Of a DNA stretch of 64,000 nucleotides, positions 49,150 through 61,276 are shown one piece after another. This DNA comes from Phyllobates terribilis. Lineage: Eukaryota. The stretch's first letter is position 1. Each line of letters begins with the position of its first letter. Under the pieces are notes generated by a model. The model searched no databases. It saw only the letters and a program-made list of their open reading frames with translations, and was not told the origin of the DNA. The position numbers and the translations under genes are program-made. The stretch lies in NCBI RefSeq assembly GCF_046119375.1, contig NW_027362772.1:222952001-223016000 (forward strand). Direction: 5' to 3'.

Positions 49150-52100
49150 AGGGCCAACCCCCAGGAAAAAGATCACCAGGCCCATCGAACTGGCGCGACA
49201 AATATGTGGGAGGACGTCCAGTCTTGCCTGTGGTACTGGATGGCATTCCTATGAGTGCCCTACTTGACACCGGGTCACAGGTCACCACCATCCCGTACGT
49301 GCTCTTCAAGCAGTACTGGAATGACTCGGATATAACCCGCTACCCTGACGACGACTTGAGTATCATCGCCAGCAATGGTCAACCCGTGCCGCAGATCGGA
49401 TTTAAAGAGATGACCATTAAAATCGGTAGAGTCGAACTGGCAGCACAGGGACTGATCATTGTAGACATTGACAAGCGTGAGAGTCACCCAAAGATAACTC
49501 TAGGAACTAATGTGATTGAAAATTGTCTTGCAGAGGTGATTTTCATTTTACAGCAGGTTGCCAAGAACGCCAGCTCCGGCCAGCAGCGAGTGCTCCAGAA
49601 AGAGATCCGGGCACTGATGCGACGGCAACAGGTGGAACTCTCCGGCGGTGAGATTGGTAGCGTAAGAATGTGTGACCCTTTCCCTATTGCCATGCCCCCG
49701 AAAATTGAAATGATGATTTGGTGCCGGGCAGCTATTGGTCTGAGAGGTAGAGATTACCAAGCAATGGTAGAACCAGCCTATTCAGACAGTAGGCCCACCA
49801 TTTTGACAGCCCGGGGGGTGGTTGATGTACGCCATGGGAGGGTGCCCGTTCGCATAATAAATATCGGGAAGAGGGAAGTGTACCTACCCCGGTATGCCAC
49901 GCTAGCCAAATTATACACCATCAACCAAAATTCTATACAGTCTGTGGAACCCTTGCCTCCATCTCACCCGGAGGAAGGTAACGGCTCTAAGAAAATAATG
50001 GAGGATTGGTGTCAGCAACTACATTTGGGTACTGACTCCACTCCCTCCCATCAGAAACAGGGAGTCTATCGGGTGGTTCAAGAGTACGAGAGAGTGTTTA
50101 GTAAACACCCGTTAGACTTCAGGCGAGTCAAGGGGGTGGAACACCACATCCCCACGGGAGACCATCCTCCCATAAAAGAGAGGTATCGACCCGTACCCCC
50201 TGCACACTACCAACACGCCAAGGGGATGCTTAGAGACATGAAGGAGGCTGGGGTAATCAAGGATAGCTGTAGCCCCTGGGCAGCCCCACTAGTCTTAGTC
50301 AAAAAGAAAGACAACACCATGAGAATGTGTGTAGATTACCGGAAAATCAACTGAATCACACACAAGGATGCGTACCCCTTACCAAGGATAGAGGAGTCTT
50401 TGGCTGCTTTAAAATCTGCTAACTTCTTCTCTACCTTGGATCTCACTAGCGGGTACTGGCAGGTTCCTGTAGCAGAGGCGGACCGGGAGAAGACCGCATT
50501 CACTACCCCGATGGGACTTAGCGAGTTTACTTGTATGCCGTTCGGACTCTGCAATGCACCAGGAACCTTCCAACGATTAATGGAGTGCTGTCTGGGACAC
50601 AGAAACTTCGAGACGGTCCTGCTGTACCTGGACGATGTCATCGTATATTCCAAGACTTATGAGGACCACCTGAAACACCTGGCGGAAGTGTTCGAAGCCC
50701 TGGCAAGTTATGGCCTGAAGGTGAAACTCTCTAAGTGTCACCTCCTGAAGCCAAAGGTGCAGTACCTGGGACACGTGGTGAGTGCTGACGGAGTGGCTCC
50801 CGACCCTGATAAGATCACCGCAATTAAGGAATGGCCAAGCCCCTCCAGCGTAAAGGAAGTGAGGCAGTTCCTCGGGTTGGTAGGCTACTACCGAAGTTTT
50901 ATTCCAGGTTTCACCAGAAAGGCAGCTCCTATGCAGGACCTCCTGATAGGCCAGTCCAGGAAGGCCAAGAACCAGAAGCCACCCTTCAGATGGGAGAAGC
51001 TGGAAGAAGAGTCCTTCCGCCAGCTGAAGATGACCCTCACGGGGGATGAAATCCTGGCATACCCTGATTATAGCCAGCCCTTTATCCTCTACACCGACGC
51101 CAGTAACATCGGGCTAGGAGCCGTACTGTCCCAGATTCAGCAGGGGAAAGAACGGGTAATTGCTTACGCCAGCCGAAAACTGCGACCCACCGAAAGAAAC
51201 CCTGAAAATTACAGCTCATTTAAGCTAGAGTTCCTGGCAGTGGTGTGGGCAGTCACCGAACGCTTTAAGCACTACCTCGCTTGTTCCCGGTTCACCGTGT
51301 ACACGGATAACAACCCGTTGACACACCTGGACACAGCAAGACTCGGTGCCCTAGAGCAGAGATGGATGGCCCGCTTGTCCAACTATGAGTTTACAATCAA
51401 ATACCGGGCAGGACGCTCCAATACCAACGCAGACGCCCTGTCCAGGATGCCAAACCTACCGGACGTAGGGGAAGATTCAGAGGAACTGGAAGAAGTTGAA
51501 CTCCCCGCATTCCACCGTCATGGGACTATCCAGTATTCCCACCGTGTAAGGAGTAAATCCGCTACGTTCAACCCTTTACCTCATTACAACTGGGCGGAGA
51601 CGCAAGACAGTGACCCTGCCGTCCGACTGGTAAAGGAGATGCTGACTCGGCCAGATGCACGCCTTGACCCAGACGCTCCGGAGGAAGCCAAGCAACTGTG
51701 GGCTGAGAAGAGTCGACTGTTCCTTTACAAGGGGAAGTTGTGCCGCAGAATGGTTAACTCCCGGACGCATGAACTAATCTGGCAAGTAGTGGTGCCAAGA
51801 AGAGACGCAGCTATGGTGATGGAGGCATACCACGACGGAGCTGGGCACTTCGGATGGAAGAAGCTGGAGTTCCTGCTGCGCTGGCGGTTCCATTGGGTGG
51901 GCATGAGAGGAACCATCGAGAGGTGGTGCAGAGACTGTGGCCCGTGCAACTTAAGAAGGAAGGACCGTGCCAGCCAGAAGACTCCCCTGCAGTCCATCGT
52001 CACCCGGCAGCCGTTGGAACTGGTAGCCTTGGATCATGTAAAACTGACCCCAAGCAGAAGTGGCTACGTCTACGCACTAACCATCGTGGATCACTACTCC

Positions 52101-53258
52101 CGGTTCTTGGTTGTCGTCCCCGTCAAGGACTTAACAGCTCGAACAGCAGCTAGAGCCTTCCAGCAGCATTTCTGCCGTCCACACGGGTACCCGGACCAAG
52201 TGTTGACGGATCAGGGACCTGCCTTTGAAGCGGAGGTCTTCCAAGAATTCTGCACTCTGTATGGCTGCCGGAAGATAAGGACGACACCCTATCATCCGCA
52301 AACTAATGGACTTTGTGAGAAAATGAACCAGGTGGTGATAGATCTTCTAAAAACATTGCCCCTGGAAGAACGCAGTCTGTGGCCCGAGAGGCTGCCCGAC
52401 CTAGTGGACCTATACAACCACATCCCGGTAGGTTCCACTAACTGTACCCCGGCTTACCTGATGAGGGCAAGACCTGGTAAGCTACCTGTTGACCTGGAGA
52501 TGGGAGTCCTGACACCCGAGGACACTTCACCAGAAGCAGACTGGGACACAGAGAGGCAGCAGCAGTACCGGAAAGTACAGGAGAGCGTGGAGCGTAGTCT
52601 CTGTCAAGCTAGGGAAAGACAAGAGAAAACTTACAACCAGTATGCTCCCGCTGTTCCCCTGGTGCCCGGAGAGCAGGTCTTGAAGAGGAAAAGACGGCTC
52701 CATAAGTTGGACGACCAGTGGGAGAAGGACCCGTACACCGTACTGCCCTCGAGCCACGACAACCCGAAGGTCTGTACCATCAGCAAAGACGGAGGGGAAA
52801 CCACAACCATTGTATCCCGGGATCACCTGAAGAAGTGTCCCGAACAGCTACGGAACCCTGAAGAGGAACAAGAAGACCCTCGACCCGTAGAGGAAGGGAA
52901 AGATATGGTTAGTACTGTGCTCGGAGACTTCCCTCGGTCCTGGACTCAAGTCAATGGTGCAGTTGTGGTACCCGTCCTCACGTTCCTCCAACCAGCATCC
53001 CAAGTACTTACAGAGCAACCGGTAGAGCTGGAAGAACAGCCGGTCCAGGAGGCAGAAGACTCCACACAAGCAGATCAGGAGGATCAACCCTCGGCTTATA
53101 GTGAGCCTGCCATACCCCTAGTGAGCCAAAGGGTCCGTAGACGGCTGCCCAGTTTACTCTTGACAGCTCCTATACCCTGTAGCTCAGGACCAGTCAACCA
53201 GCTTCGTAGGTCCACTAGGGTCACTAGAGGCCAGTTGCCCGTACGGTGGAGGATCTAA
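49125..53258 (+). pseudogene. pol: A2 Pol (PR-RT-RH-IN) in the -1 frame, with a single TGA at 50352-50354
   Basis: ORFs 49005-50354 and 50400-53258 are in the same frame. RKIN*ITHK versus RQINRITNK in A1 points to CGA->TGA. Confidence 0.95.
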
Positions 53259-54612
53259 GTGTTTAAGTTATTTTATTAATGTTTATCTGTTATTGTTGCT
53301 TGTGTATAATTTTGTGTTTCTAGTTATTTACAGGAGTCTTTGGTGGATTTACCGGGAATCCTTTGTGTATAGTTGGAGCGTAAGCCAGGACGGACTAAAA
53401 GACTGTTAAGGACTCGGGGCAGGACAGACCCCTACCTGGTTACGTCTCCCTGTTTTGGTGAAATGGGCACCTTTGTTTTCTTCAAAGACTGCACCCGGTT
53501 GCGGACACACCGTGACCATCTTTATGTGTTTCCTTATTGTATTTTATTGTTGTTGTTACACCCTGTTATGTTTTTGTAAAATATGTTTAGTCCCGGAGTA
53601 CTAAATTTCACTAGGGGGGAATGTGGCACCCCAGGGGTCTGGTCTCCACAATAATAGCAATATTATGTCTGAGAGCAGGTGGGAGGTCTCTTGGTCAGGG
53701 ATCTTATGCATGCCACACCTCCTGCCCAGTCCTGGGAGGGGAAGAACTTCCCCTATATAAACCTGGGGCTGAGGCAGGGTTAGGAGAGAACAAGAGTGGA
53801 GAAGAGAAGCAGCATAGGAAGAAACAACAGGAGCTCTGTGGAGCAGTGCTACAAGGAGTCAGGGGCTGGCAGCTGCAGAGCTCGCCCTGACTGAGAAGTT
53901 ATCACCGGACCCGGAGTCCGAGGCTGTGGGGACTAATCCTTACCCAGCAGCAGAAACCGACTGGCAGGGGATTGCAGGTCCTCTGGCCCAGAAACCCGAA
54001 GGCACGGTCACACGCGTGGGACCAGCACCGCCATCGTGGAGCGGAAGCCATTAGAAGGCCCCGAGTCACCTGCCATACGGGTGAGCACCACACGGTACAC
54101 TCAGGGACGTGGGCTACTTTTACCCGCCTCTAGCAAGGTAGCCAGAAGAGTACAGTTAGCTGGGAAGGCCTACAACTCCGCCTGGCCAGGGGAGATCCCA
54201 TCTGCTCAAGGACTGACCAGGCCCCGATCGCTAGCAAGTACTCCGGGAGGGTCTATCTTTGTCACCAGTAAAGACCCTGAACTACACGCATCGTCTCTGA
54301 GTGGTTCCTGCTACCCCCATCATCCACGTCGGCTGCCCTGAGGCCATACCCCTCCCGTTGGGGGTTATACCATCCCCGCTGCACCATCCTTCCACCGGCC
54401 TCAGCGGTCTGCCCTGCAGCGGCAGCTCCAAAGCTGCATTCAACGGGTGGCGTAGTCATCCAACATCCACTGCTATTTTACCGCCACTTAGTCTGACTCC
54501 CTGGGCACGGACCGGGTCACCGCCACAAGACTACTACCCCCATCTGATCCGGCTCCGGGTAAGCCCCCGTGTACGCGATGCCGCACGGCACAGAAGGCCC
54601 AGGGGTGCGTCA

Positions 54613-55245
54613 CATATGTTGTCAATCTGAATTTTATAGGCCCCATTAATTGATGTCCATGTATAGTCTTCGATTTGTGATTTTGGAAGAAGGTGTTCAT
54701 AATGGACAGTTGATTTGTCATACAAAAGGCAATGAATCTTCCTCCATCCCCATTTTGTTCACCAAGTTCAAAGTTGTCAACAACAGTTCCATGTTAGCCA
54801 TGGACCACTTTGGTATTCAAGTCTCCAATAATAATGAGTACGTCTTCTTTGGTGTCTTGCTAAATTCCTGTTGAACTTGATCGTAGCTTAGCATCCACCC
54901 CCTAGGCATCCATTGTTGGTCAATAGACTTGTATAACTGTGACATGGCTTGTCGCTCCTTGTAGTCGTATCGAGATGACTCTATTACTGACTGCATTGTA
55001 CTTCAGGACATAATCGGCCAATCTTCGGTTGATAATAAAAGTGACATTGTTTTAGTCTTCGGTATTGTTCCCAGAATAGCAGACCCAATGTACGTTTTAT
55101 TGGAAATGTCTGGATTGAGTCCATCTTAATTCATAAATTCTAATTCTAAGTAAGTCGAGTCCTGTTCTGTCTATTTCAGCTTTGACAATGTTGACCTTGC
55201 CTTGGTTCATGGTTCGTACATTAAGTTTCCTTTCGACCAAGCGAA
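54613..55245 (-). mobile_element. RTE/BovB-like LINE piece 1 (AP endonuclease)
   Basis: NVRTMNQGKVNIVKAEIDR and YTWTSINGAYKIQIDNIC. Joins in frame to piece 2 across A2. Confidence 0.88.
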
Positions 55246-55299
55246 ATAATCATATTTGTCAGTGAAATCACTTTGGAGTTTATATAACTTATTAACAAG

Positions 55300-56216
55300 C
55301 TTTCATTGGCTCTTTATTGGAAGGATTATAAACAAAACAGTAATTCTGCAACTGATTTTTGGCATTTTCAATTTTACCCTAGTCACCAAATAAAGTGTTA
55401 TCTTTATTCAGTAGGTCAGTATGATTATGGTGATGTCACATTTATATAGTTTTATTATTTTGAACAATTAATGCACTGTGAAAAAAAAAATCACTTATTT
55501 TTGTGTTGTCATATTTTGAGAGCCCTACGTTTTGAAATATGCCATCAGTGAATCTGTATCATGGCTTACTTTTTGGGTGACAATCCGTAGTTATCACTGG
55601 TGCTATTTTGCAGCAACTTTTGTAGCACTTTTTATTAAGTTAGGTTCCTTCACACAGGCGTATAAGAATCGCTCATAGTTTCATCCAGAAAAGTTGGATC
55701 ATTTATTTCTCCCTAGTCATCTGTATACAATCCTTTTTTTTTCTTTACAGCAGCAGCTATTAATTGTTTACGGGTCCATTTACAGTTTCCCATGCAACAG
55801 AATTGCAATGTATCCATAAAAAACGGATGCTGTACTGTGGCTCCGTATGGCACCTGATTATTCTTTTTGCACTTGAATTGGGTGAGTACAATTTACATAA
55901 GAAGCTAGTGTATGTTGAGATTTTTTTTAACATGGATGTCACAGGCACAAATCTTGCAATCAGAACAGTTAAAATATGAAGAAATGTGTCAACCCATCAG
56001 TGCCCCGCGATAATGTCACTGGCACATGGAATCACACCCCCATCTCAGCACCTGTTAAATGCCACTGGCAGATTGAAATTGGCATTTAATAGGTTACCAG
56101 CCACAGGGAGAACTGCGCTCCACCCACTGCTGTTAAATCATGGCTGATTGAAAGAGGCAGGCTCAGTGTGCATCAGGGTCAGGGACATGATGTAAATGTC
56201 TCATGTTGAGAAGGGG
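55300..56216 (+). mobile_element. Right part of a piggyBac-like non-autonomous element
   Basis: Ends GAGAAGGGG|TTAA; interior similar to 25900-26390. Confidence 0.5.
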
Positions 56217-56519
56217 TTAAAGCACGACAAAGTAGTGATCTAATAAAAGCTGCATAAAGAACACTCATTGTGGGAATGTAGCCGGTACATTCAGTTTATG
56301 TACAAGGATTTAGAGGTGGATTCTGCTTCTAAATCCATGTAAAAACTATATCAAATACTTTGAATACTACAGCAATTTGCCAAACTTACTATAACAAAAG
56401 TATGAATGATACCCATAAATAGGATAATAGAACAATATTCAGCGCATATCAATGCAAGAGATAAGAAACTAGAAAAGTTATATTTGATACAAAAATAAAA
56501 TTAAAAAATTTAAAAAAAA

Positions 56520-56662
56520 GTACAGATGGTGGGTATGCCATATATAGCCACAAGGTGGCACCAGTATTCAACTAGGTTTATCTACAATCCATGCAGCAGT
56601 TATTTCATATAAGACCTAGCTTGACACTGGTGCCACCTTGTGGCCTATCACCATTTGTACAT
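56520..56662. repeat. Small foldback (inverted repeat) element
   Basis: Perfect 19-bp arms at 56547-56565 and 56626-56644, plus outer arms GTACAGATGGTG / CACCATTTGTAC. Confidence 0.8.
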
Positions 56663-57408
56663 TTTATTTTTTTTATTTTAGGATCAATAAATATAATTGT
56701 GCACAGTTTTTATATGATTAAATACATTCTGAATATGTTTCTAACCAAAATTAGGTAATCAATACAGAGGAGGACAATTTTATATTACAGGAGGATCTAT
56801 GTAAGCTAGAAGCTTGTAATGAAAAACACAGTAGCCCACATATTGAGATTCACACTAAGGTGGTGTGGATGAAATACCACTCACACCCCATATCCGTGTC
56901 GCCAACTCGAACAAGATATATGTAAACAGGAGAAAAAACAAGTGTATTGGCATACAAAAATTTATTAGTAATACATATAAAATTACATTAATAAATGGCA
57001 AAAAGTATATATTGTAAAGTGCAGACATGCAGATCAGAGAACCCCACTTAATCTATAGCCCAAAAGGAAGGGTAATATAGATATATACAAGAAATTACAT
57101 AAATGTCATAAACCATACAAATATTACACAGATATCATCTTAAAAGGAGGGGATGCAATAAGTATTGAATAATAATGACAAGACAGTAGGGGTAAAAAAA
57201 GGGGGGATATAAAGCGGGGCAGAAAGAGGTGGTATACATGGACAATAAACATACCACTAAGTGTGTGGGGATCACGTATACCATAGTCCTGAACAATTAA
57301 TCAGTTGCCATAGTGCATATCATGTACAGGACACTGGTGCCTCACCCCAAATATTGTCACATGTAGAGAGGGGACCATATGAGGGCAGGTGTCTGTCATG
57401 GAGGACAG

Positions 57409-57444
57409 CCTCGACGCGCGTTTCGCGGGTGCTTTTTCGAGAGG
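57409..57444 (-). ncRNA. Degenerate Penelope-type hammerhead ribozyme motif
   Basis: CCTC-TCGAAAA-AGCACCCGC-GAAA-CGCGCG-TC-GAGG. Stem I, GAAA, palindromic stem III and GUC are present; the CUGANGA box is corrupted. Confidence 0.45.
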
Positions 57445-57679
57445 TGTAAGTAAGAAAAGCTCAAGGACCTTTTTAAATACATAGCTCCGCCCCCTCAGGG
57501 CATCACATGTGTGGTCATGTGATGATTAAAGATGGCCGACAATGGAATGGTGTAAACGGCACATGCGGCAGGATAATCACCACCCCCTGCCAGCCCCGCA
57601 CCGCCCATAATGACGTGGGCGCAACCCGGAAGCGTCACAGAGACCACATCCGGGAGGCGCGCCGATGCCATAGAGATAG

Positions 57680-57830
57680 ATGACGCGTTTAAATTCCAAT
57701 GATCGTGCTGTGAAGCTGACGTATACTTACCATCCTAAGCGGATCGATTTTCTGGATATCACACTTGAAGTGGATTCAGAACATCGGATCCAGACTGATT
57801 TATTCAGAAAGCCTACCTCTTTTGGGGGCG
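57680..57830 (+). mobile_element. Penelope-like element RT C-terminal fragment
   Basis: LNSNDRAVKLTY...IDFLDITLEVDSEHRIQTDLFRKPTS, the PLE FLD / LYRKPT signature. Confidence 0.75.
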
Positions 57831-60800
57831 GTCCCACGGTGATTTGCTATCGGTCACTCCCTGTGACGGCCTTCCTGCCTTGACGGAAACATTTATGCGG
57901 ACAGTCACAGTTGCAAGGGGCAGGGTATGCTTTTGGCGCCATTCTGGGACCCGGCCCACAATGGGAGGTTCTGACACGCCCAGGGGATGGGGATGATTCG
58001 GCGCCCGGGCCTTGTTGTTGCCTGATCTTGGGGGATGTCACGGTGGTCGGCTCCCGGGCCCGTACCCTGGGGTCACTCTTAAAAGAAAGGGGGGGAAGTT
58101 GTATGGGATAGGGAGTTCATGACGCCATCTCTGGTGTCTGGTGGGGATCACCAGCGCTGCGACAGTCCTCTGAGGCCGGTGTTTAGGCAGCTTAGTTGGT
58201 GCGACTCCCCACAGGTGGAGCGGGGCCTCAGGGCAGTGTAGATGAAGGATGCAGGACAGAGGGGACCCAGCCGGGTCAGAGGAAGAATAGGCACATGCAC
58301 AAGAGTTCACTTCAGTACCTTTACTGGTGGTGTTTCAGGCACGATCCAGGGCACTTGAGGGTGAAGGGTGCATATCAGGACTCTCCCCAGTGAGCGGGTA
58401 TTGGGCCTCCTGTTCCATGCCTTCCTTGGATGAGTTTCTGGCCTGCCTGGAGCTAGGCCTAACTCGGTCTCTGTATTACACCTGCTGACCGGGTGGTAGG
58501 GCCTTCTGTTGGAGTTCACACTCCCTGCTCTCTGGGGCCTCCGTGACTCCTGACCCTGGTATAACAGTCAGCTTCTGGTGAACCTGGGACGTATAGTTCT
58601 CCAGGGGTTCCGGTTATTCCTGATGGGGATATAGGCCCCCCGTAGGCGTGGACCCGGTGTCCGGTAAATGGTTTTGGGGTGAGCTGGTTAAGCTCCTCTG
58701 CCCCCTGTGTTGCTTGCTTACTCATTCGCCTTCGGCCACACTCGGGGCCCTCACTAGGCTTCACACGAGCAGTAGGCCTCGCTACTCTTCGCCGCTCTCT
58801 GAGCGTCAGCACGCTCCTGGCTCACTAATCTGAGCTCACTGAATCTGAACTCTCTCTAGAGGAACTGACTGAGCTCCACTGCAGACTGACCTCTCTCAGG
58901 CTCATCTTCTGCAGGGACTGGAACCAACTCTGTCCCCTGAGGAAACCGTTCTCTAGACTGCCTGCCTAACTCCACCCTCCAGTATATATCCCTATCCAGG
59001 CTCCCTCTGGTGGTCTGAGGTGGTAGGGTGGAGGTGTGTGAATGCTATGAGGGCCTCTTGTGGAGAAGTCCATCCATGCACCCCTCTGGGATCTGTGGCA
59101 CCAATGCGCAGCAGGGCGCCACATTCCCCCCTAGAAAAGCTCAGTACTCCCGGACTGAAGTAATTTTTATAACAGGTAACAACAATAACCCTTCCCTTTA
59201 TGGGAGGCACTTTGCTTGAACGTTGCATAATAAAACATTATAAATAATTAATATGTACATGCATACATACAATAAGCAACCTCAGAATTTAAGTCTGTTC
59301 CGGTGAGGTACCCTGACAGGGTGTCCATCTCACGGGTAAAGTACAAGGTAGCTTGAGGGACCTGTCCAAAGCAAACCCTCAACGTAGGCCCTGGGGTGGC
59401 TGCAGGGCATAGCGATCCTGAGTTGGACCTCCACTTCTGCCACGCCAGACTGGTTTTTGTTCTGAGGTCACCTAAAGGGGCGCTCCAGGGAGTGCAATTA
59501 TTTACAGCAAACAGTTTTTTGGGCTGCACACAGTCCTCAGCCACAAAGTTCTTTATGTACCCATACAGGTAACTAGAGATAACAAGGGAAGTGTCCATAT
59601 CACTTAAATTGTCCATTAGTAAGGCAAAGCACATATCAAGACACACATACATGAAAATACACAAGACAATACCCCAGGGGCAACTATCTACACTGTCAGA
59701 GTTTCCTTCTCTATTCTCTGTATCTGACAGGGGTCTGACCTTGTGTGCTGCGTGTCGACCTACATAGTACTGGGATGCGTGTGGTACTGGTGTTTGTACT
59801 ACCTCCCATTCTTTCAGTTCTAAGGGTTGAGGAACTGCAGGGTTGCCTTAACCTCTCTACGGGACTGGCAAGTATACCATTGGCTGGGCCTTCTTGCTCT
59901 GCTCCAACCGGGGATTCATCTTGAGCAGGCTCTTCCGAAGCACTTACAGGTTCTACTTGCTGTGGAGGGTCTTTTGGCTGCTGAAAGAAGTGGATCACAG
60001 GTATTATTACTGCTCCTCCTAGTTGAGGCCAATCTGCTTCTTTAGGCTCCTCCGGTACGTTGAGAGGCACTTCTTCTTGGGGCTTTAGCAGGTCTGGACA
60101 CAACTTCAGATGGTCTCTAGATACCGTTGCAGTCATTATTCCTCCGTCTTTGCTAATCAAACAGGTCTTCTTGTTATCAAATCTTGAATTTAACACAGTG
60201 TAAAGTTCTCTCTCCCATTGGTCATCAAGTTTGTGGTTTCTCCTTTTCCTCTTTAACACCACTTCTCCTGGTGTGAAGGGTTCTGCGGGCGCACTTTTAT
60301 TGTAGTGGGCTTCCTGCTTGTCCCTTACCCGAGTGAGACTGTCTTCAACACAGGCCTGTACTCTTCTGTACTGTTCTCGTCTGGTCGTGTCCCAGTCCTC
60401 AGTGGACATATCTGCTTCTGGTTCTACTACACCAAGCTCCAGGTCCATGGGCAACTTCCTGGGTCTTGCTCGCATGAGAAATGCTGGAGTACAATTGGTG
60501 GAACTCACATGTATGTGGTTGTACAGATCTACCAGGTCAGGTAGTAGGTCTGGCCAATGATTTCTCTCCTCTAGTGGTAAGGTCTTCAGCAGGTTGATGA
60601 CGATGTTATTCATCTTTTCACAGAGACCATTGTTTTGCGGGTGGTACGGTGTAGTCCGGATTTTTTTACACCCGTACAGATGGCAGAACTCCTTGAACAA
60701 TTCGGCTTCAAAGGCTGAGCCTTGAACTGTCAGCACCTGCTCCGGGTATCCATGGGGCCTGCAGAAGCACGCCTGAAACATCTTCGCCGCAGTTTCTGCC

Positions 60801-61276
60801 GTCAGATCCTTGACGGGGGCGACCACCAGGAACCGGGAGTAATGATCCACCATGGTCAGGGCATAGGAATATCCTGACATGCTGGGTGTCAGCTTGACAT
60901 GATCCAGGGACACGATCTCCAAGGGTCGAGTTGTCTTGATGGGTTGCAGGGGTGCCTTCTGGCTGCTGTAGTCGTTTCTTCTGAGGCTACAGGATCCACA
61001 ATCCCGGCACCACCTCTCTATGGAACTGCGCATTCCAACCCAATAAAACCGACCTTTCAGCAGGGTTTCTAGCTTCTTCCAAGTGCCCTGATTGATCGTG
61101 GTAGGCCTCCAACACCATCTGGATGTCCATCCTGGGCACTACGATCTGCCATACCATCTCATGGGTCCTCGGGTTGAGGTACCTTCGGCACAGCTTCTCT
61201 CTATAGGTGAACAGCCGGCTTCTCTCATTCCACAGTTGCTTGGCTTGTGGAGACACGTCCTTCTCCAGGGAGGAAC

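Larger units (their letters stand above)
46789..54612 (+). mobile_element. Full-length Ty3/Gypsy element A2 (7824 bp, recent)
   Basis: LTRs 46789-47778 and 53622-54612 differ at only about 5-6 positions by eye. CATA 4-bp target duplication. PBS 47784-47802, PPT 53610-53621. Confidence 0.98.
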
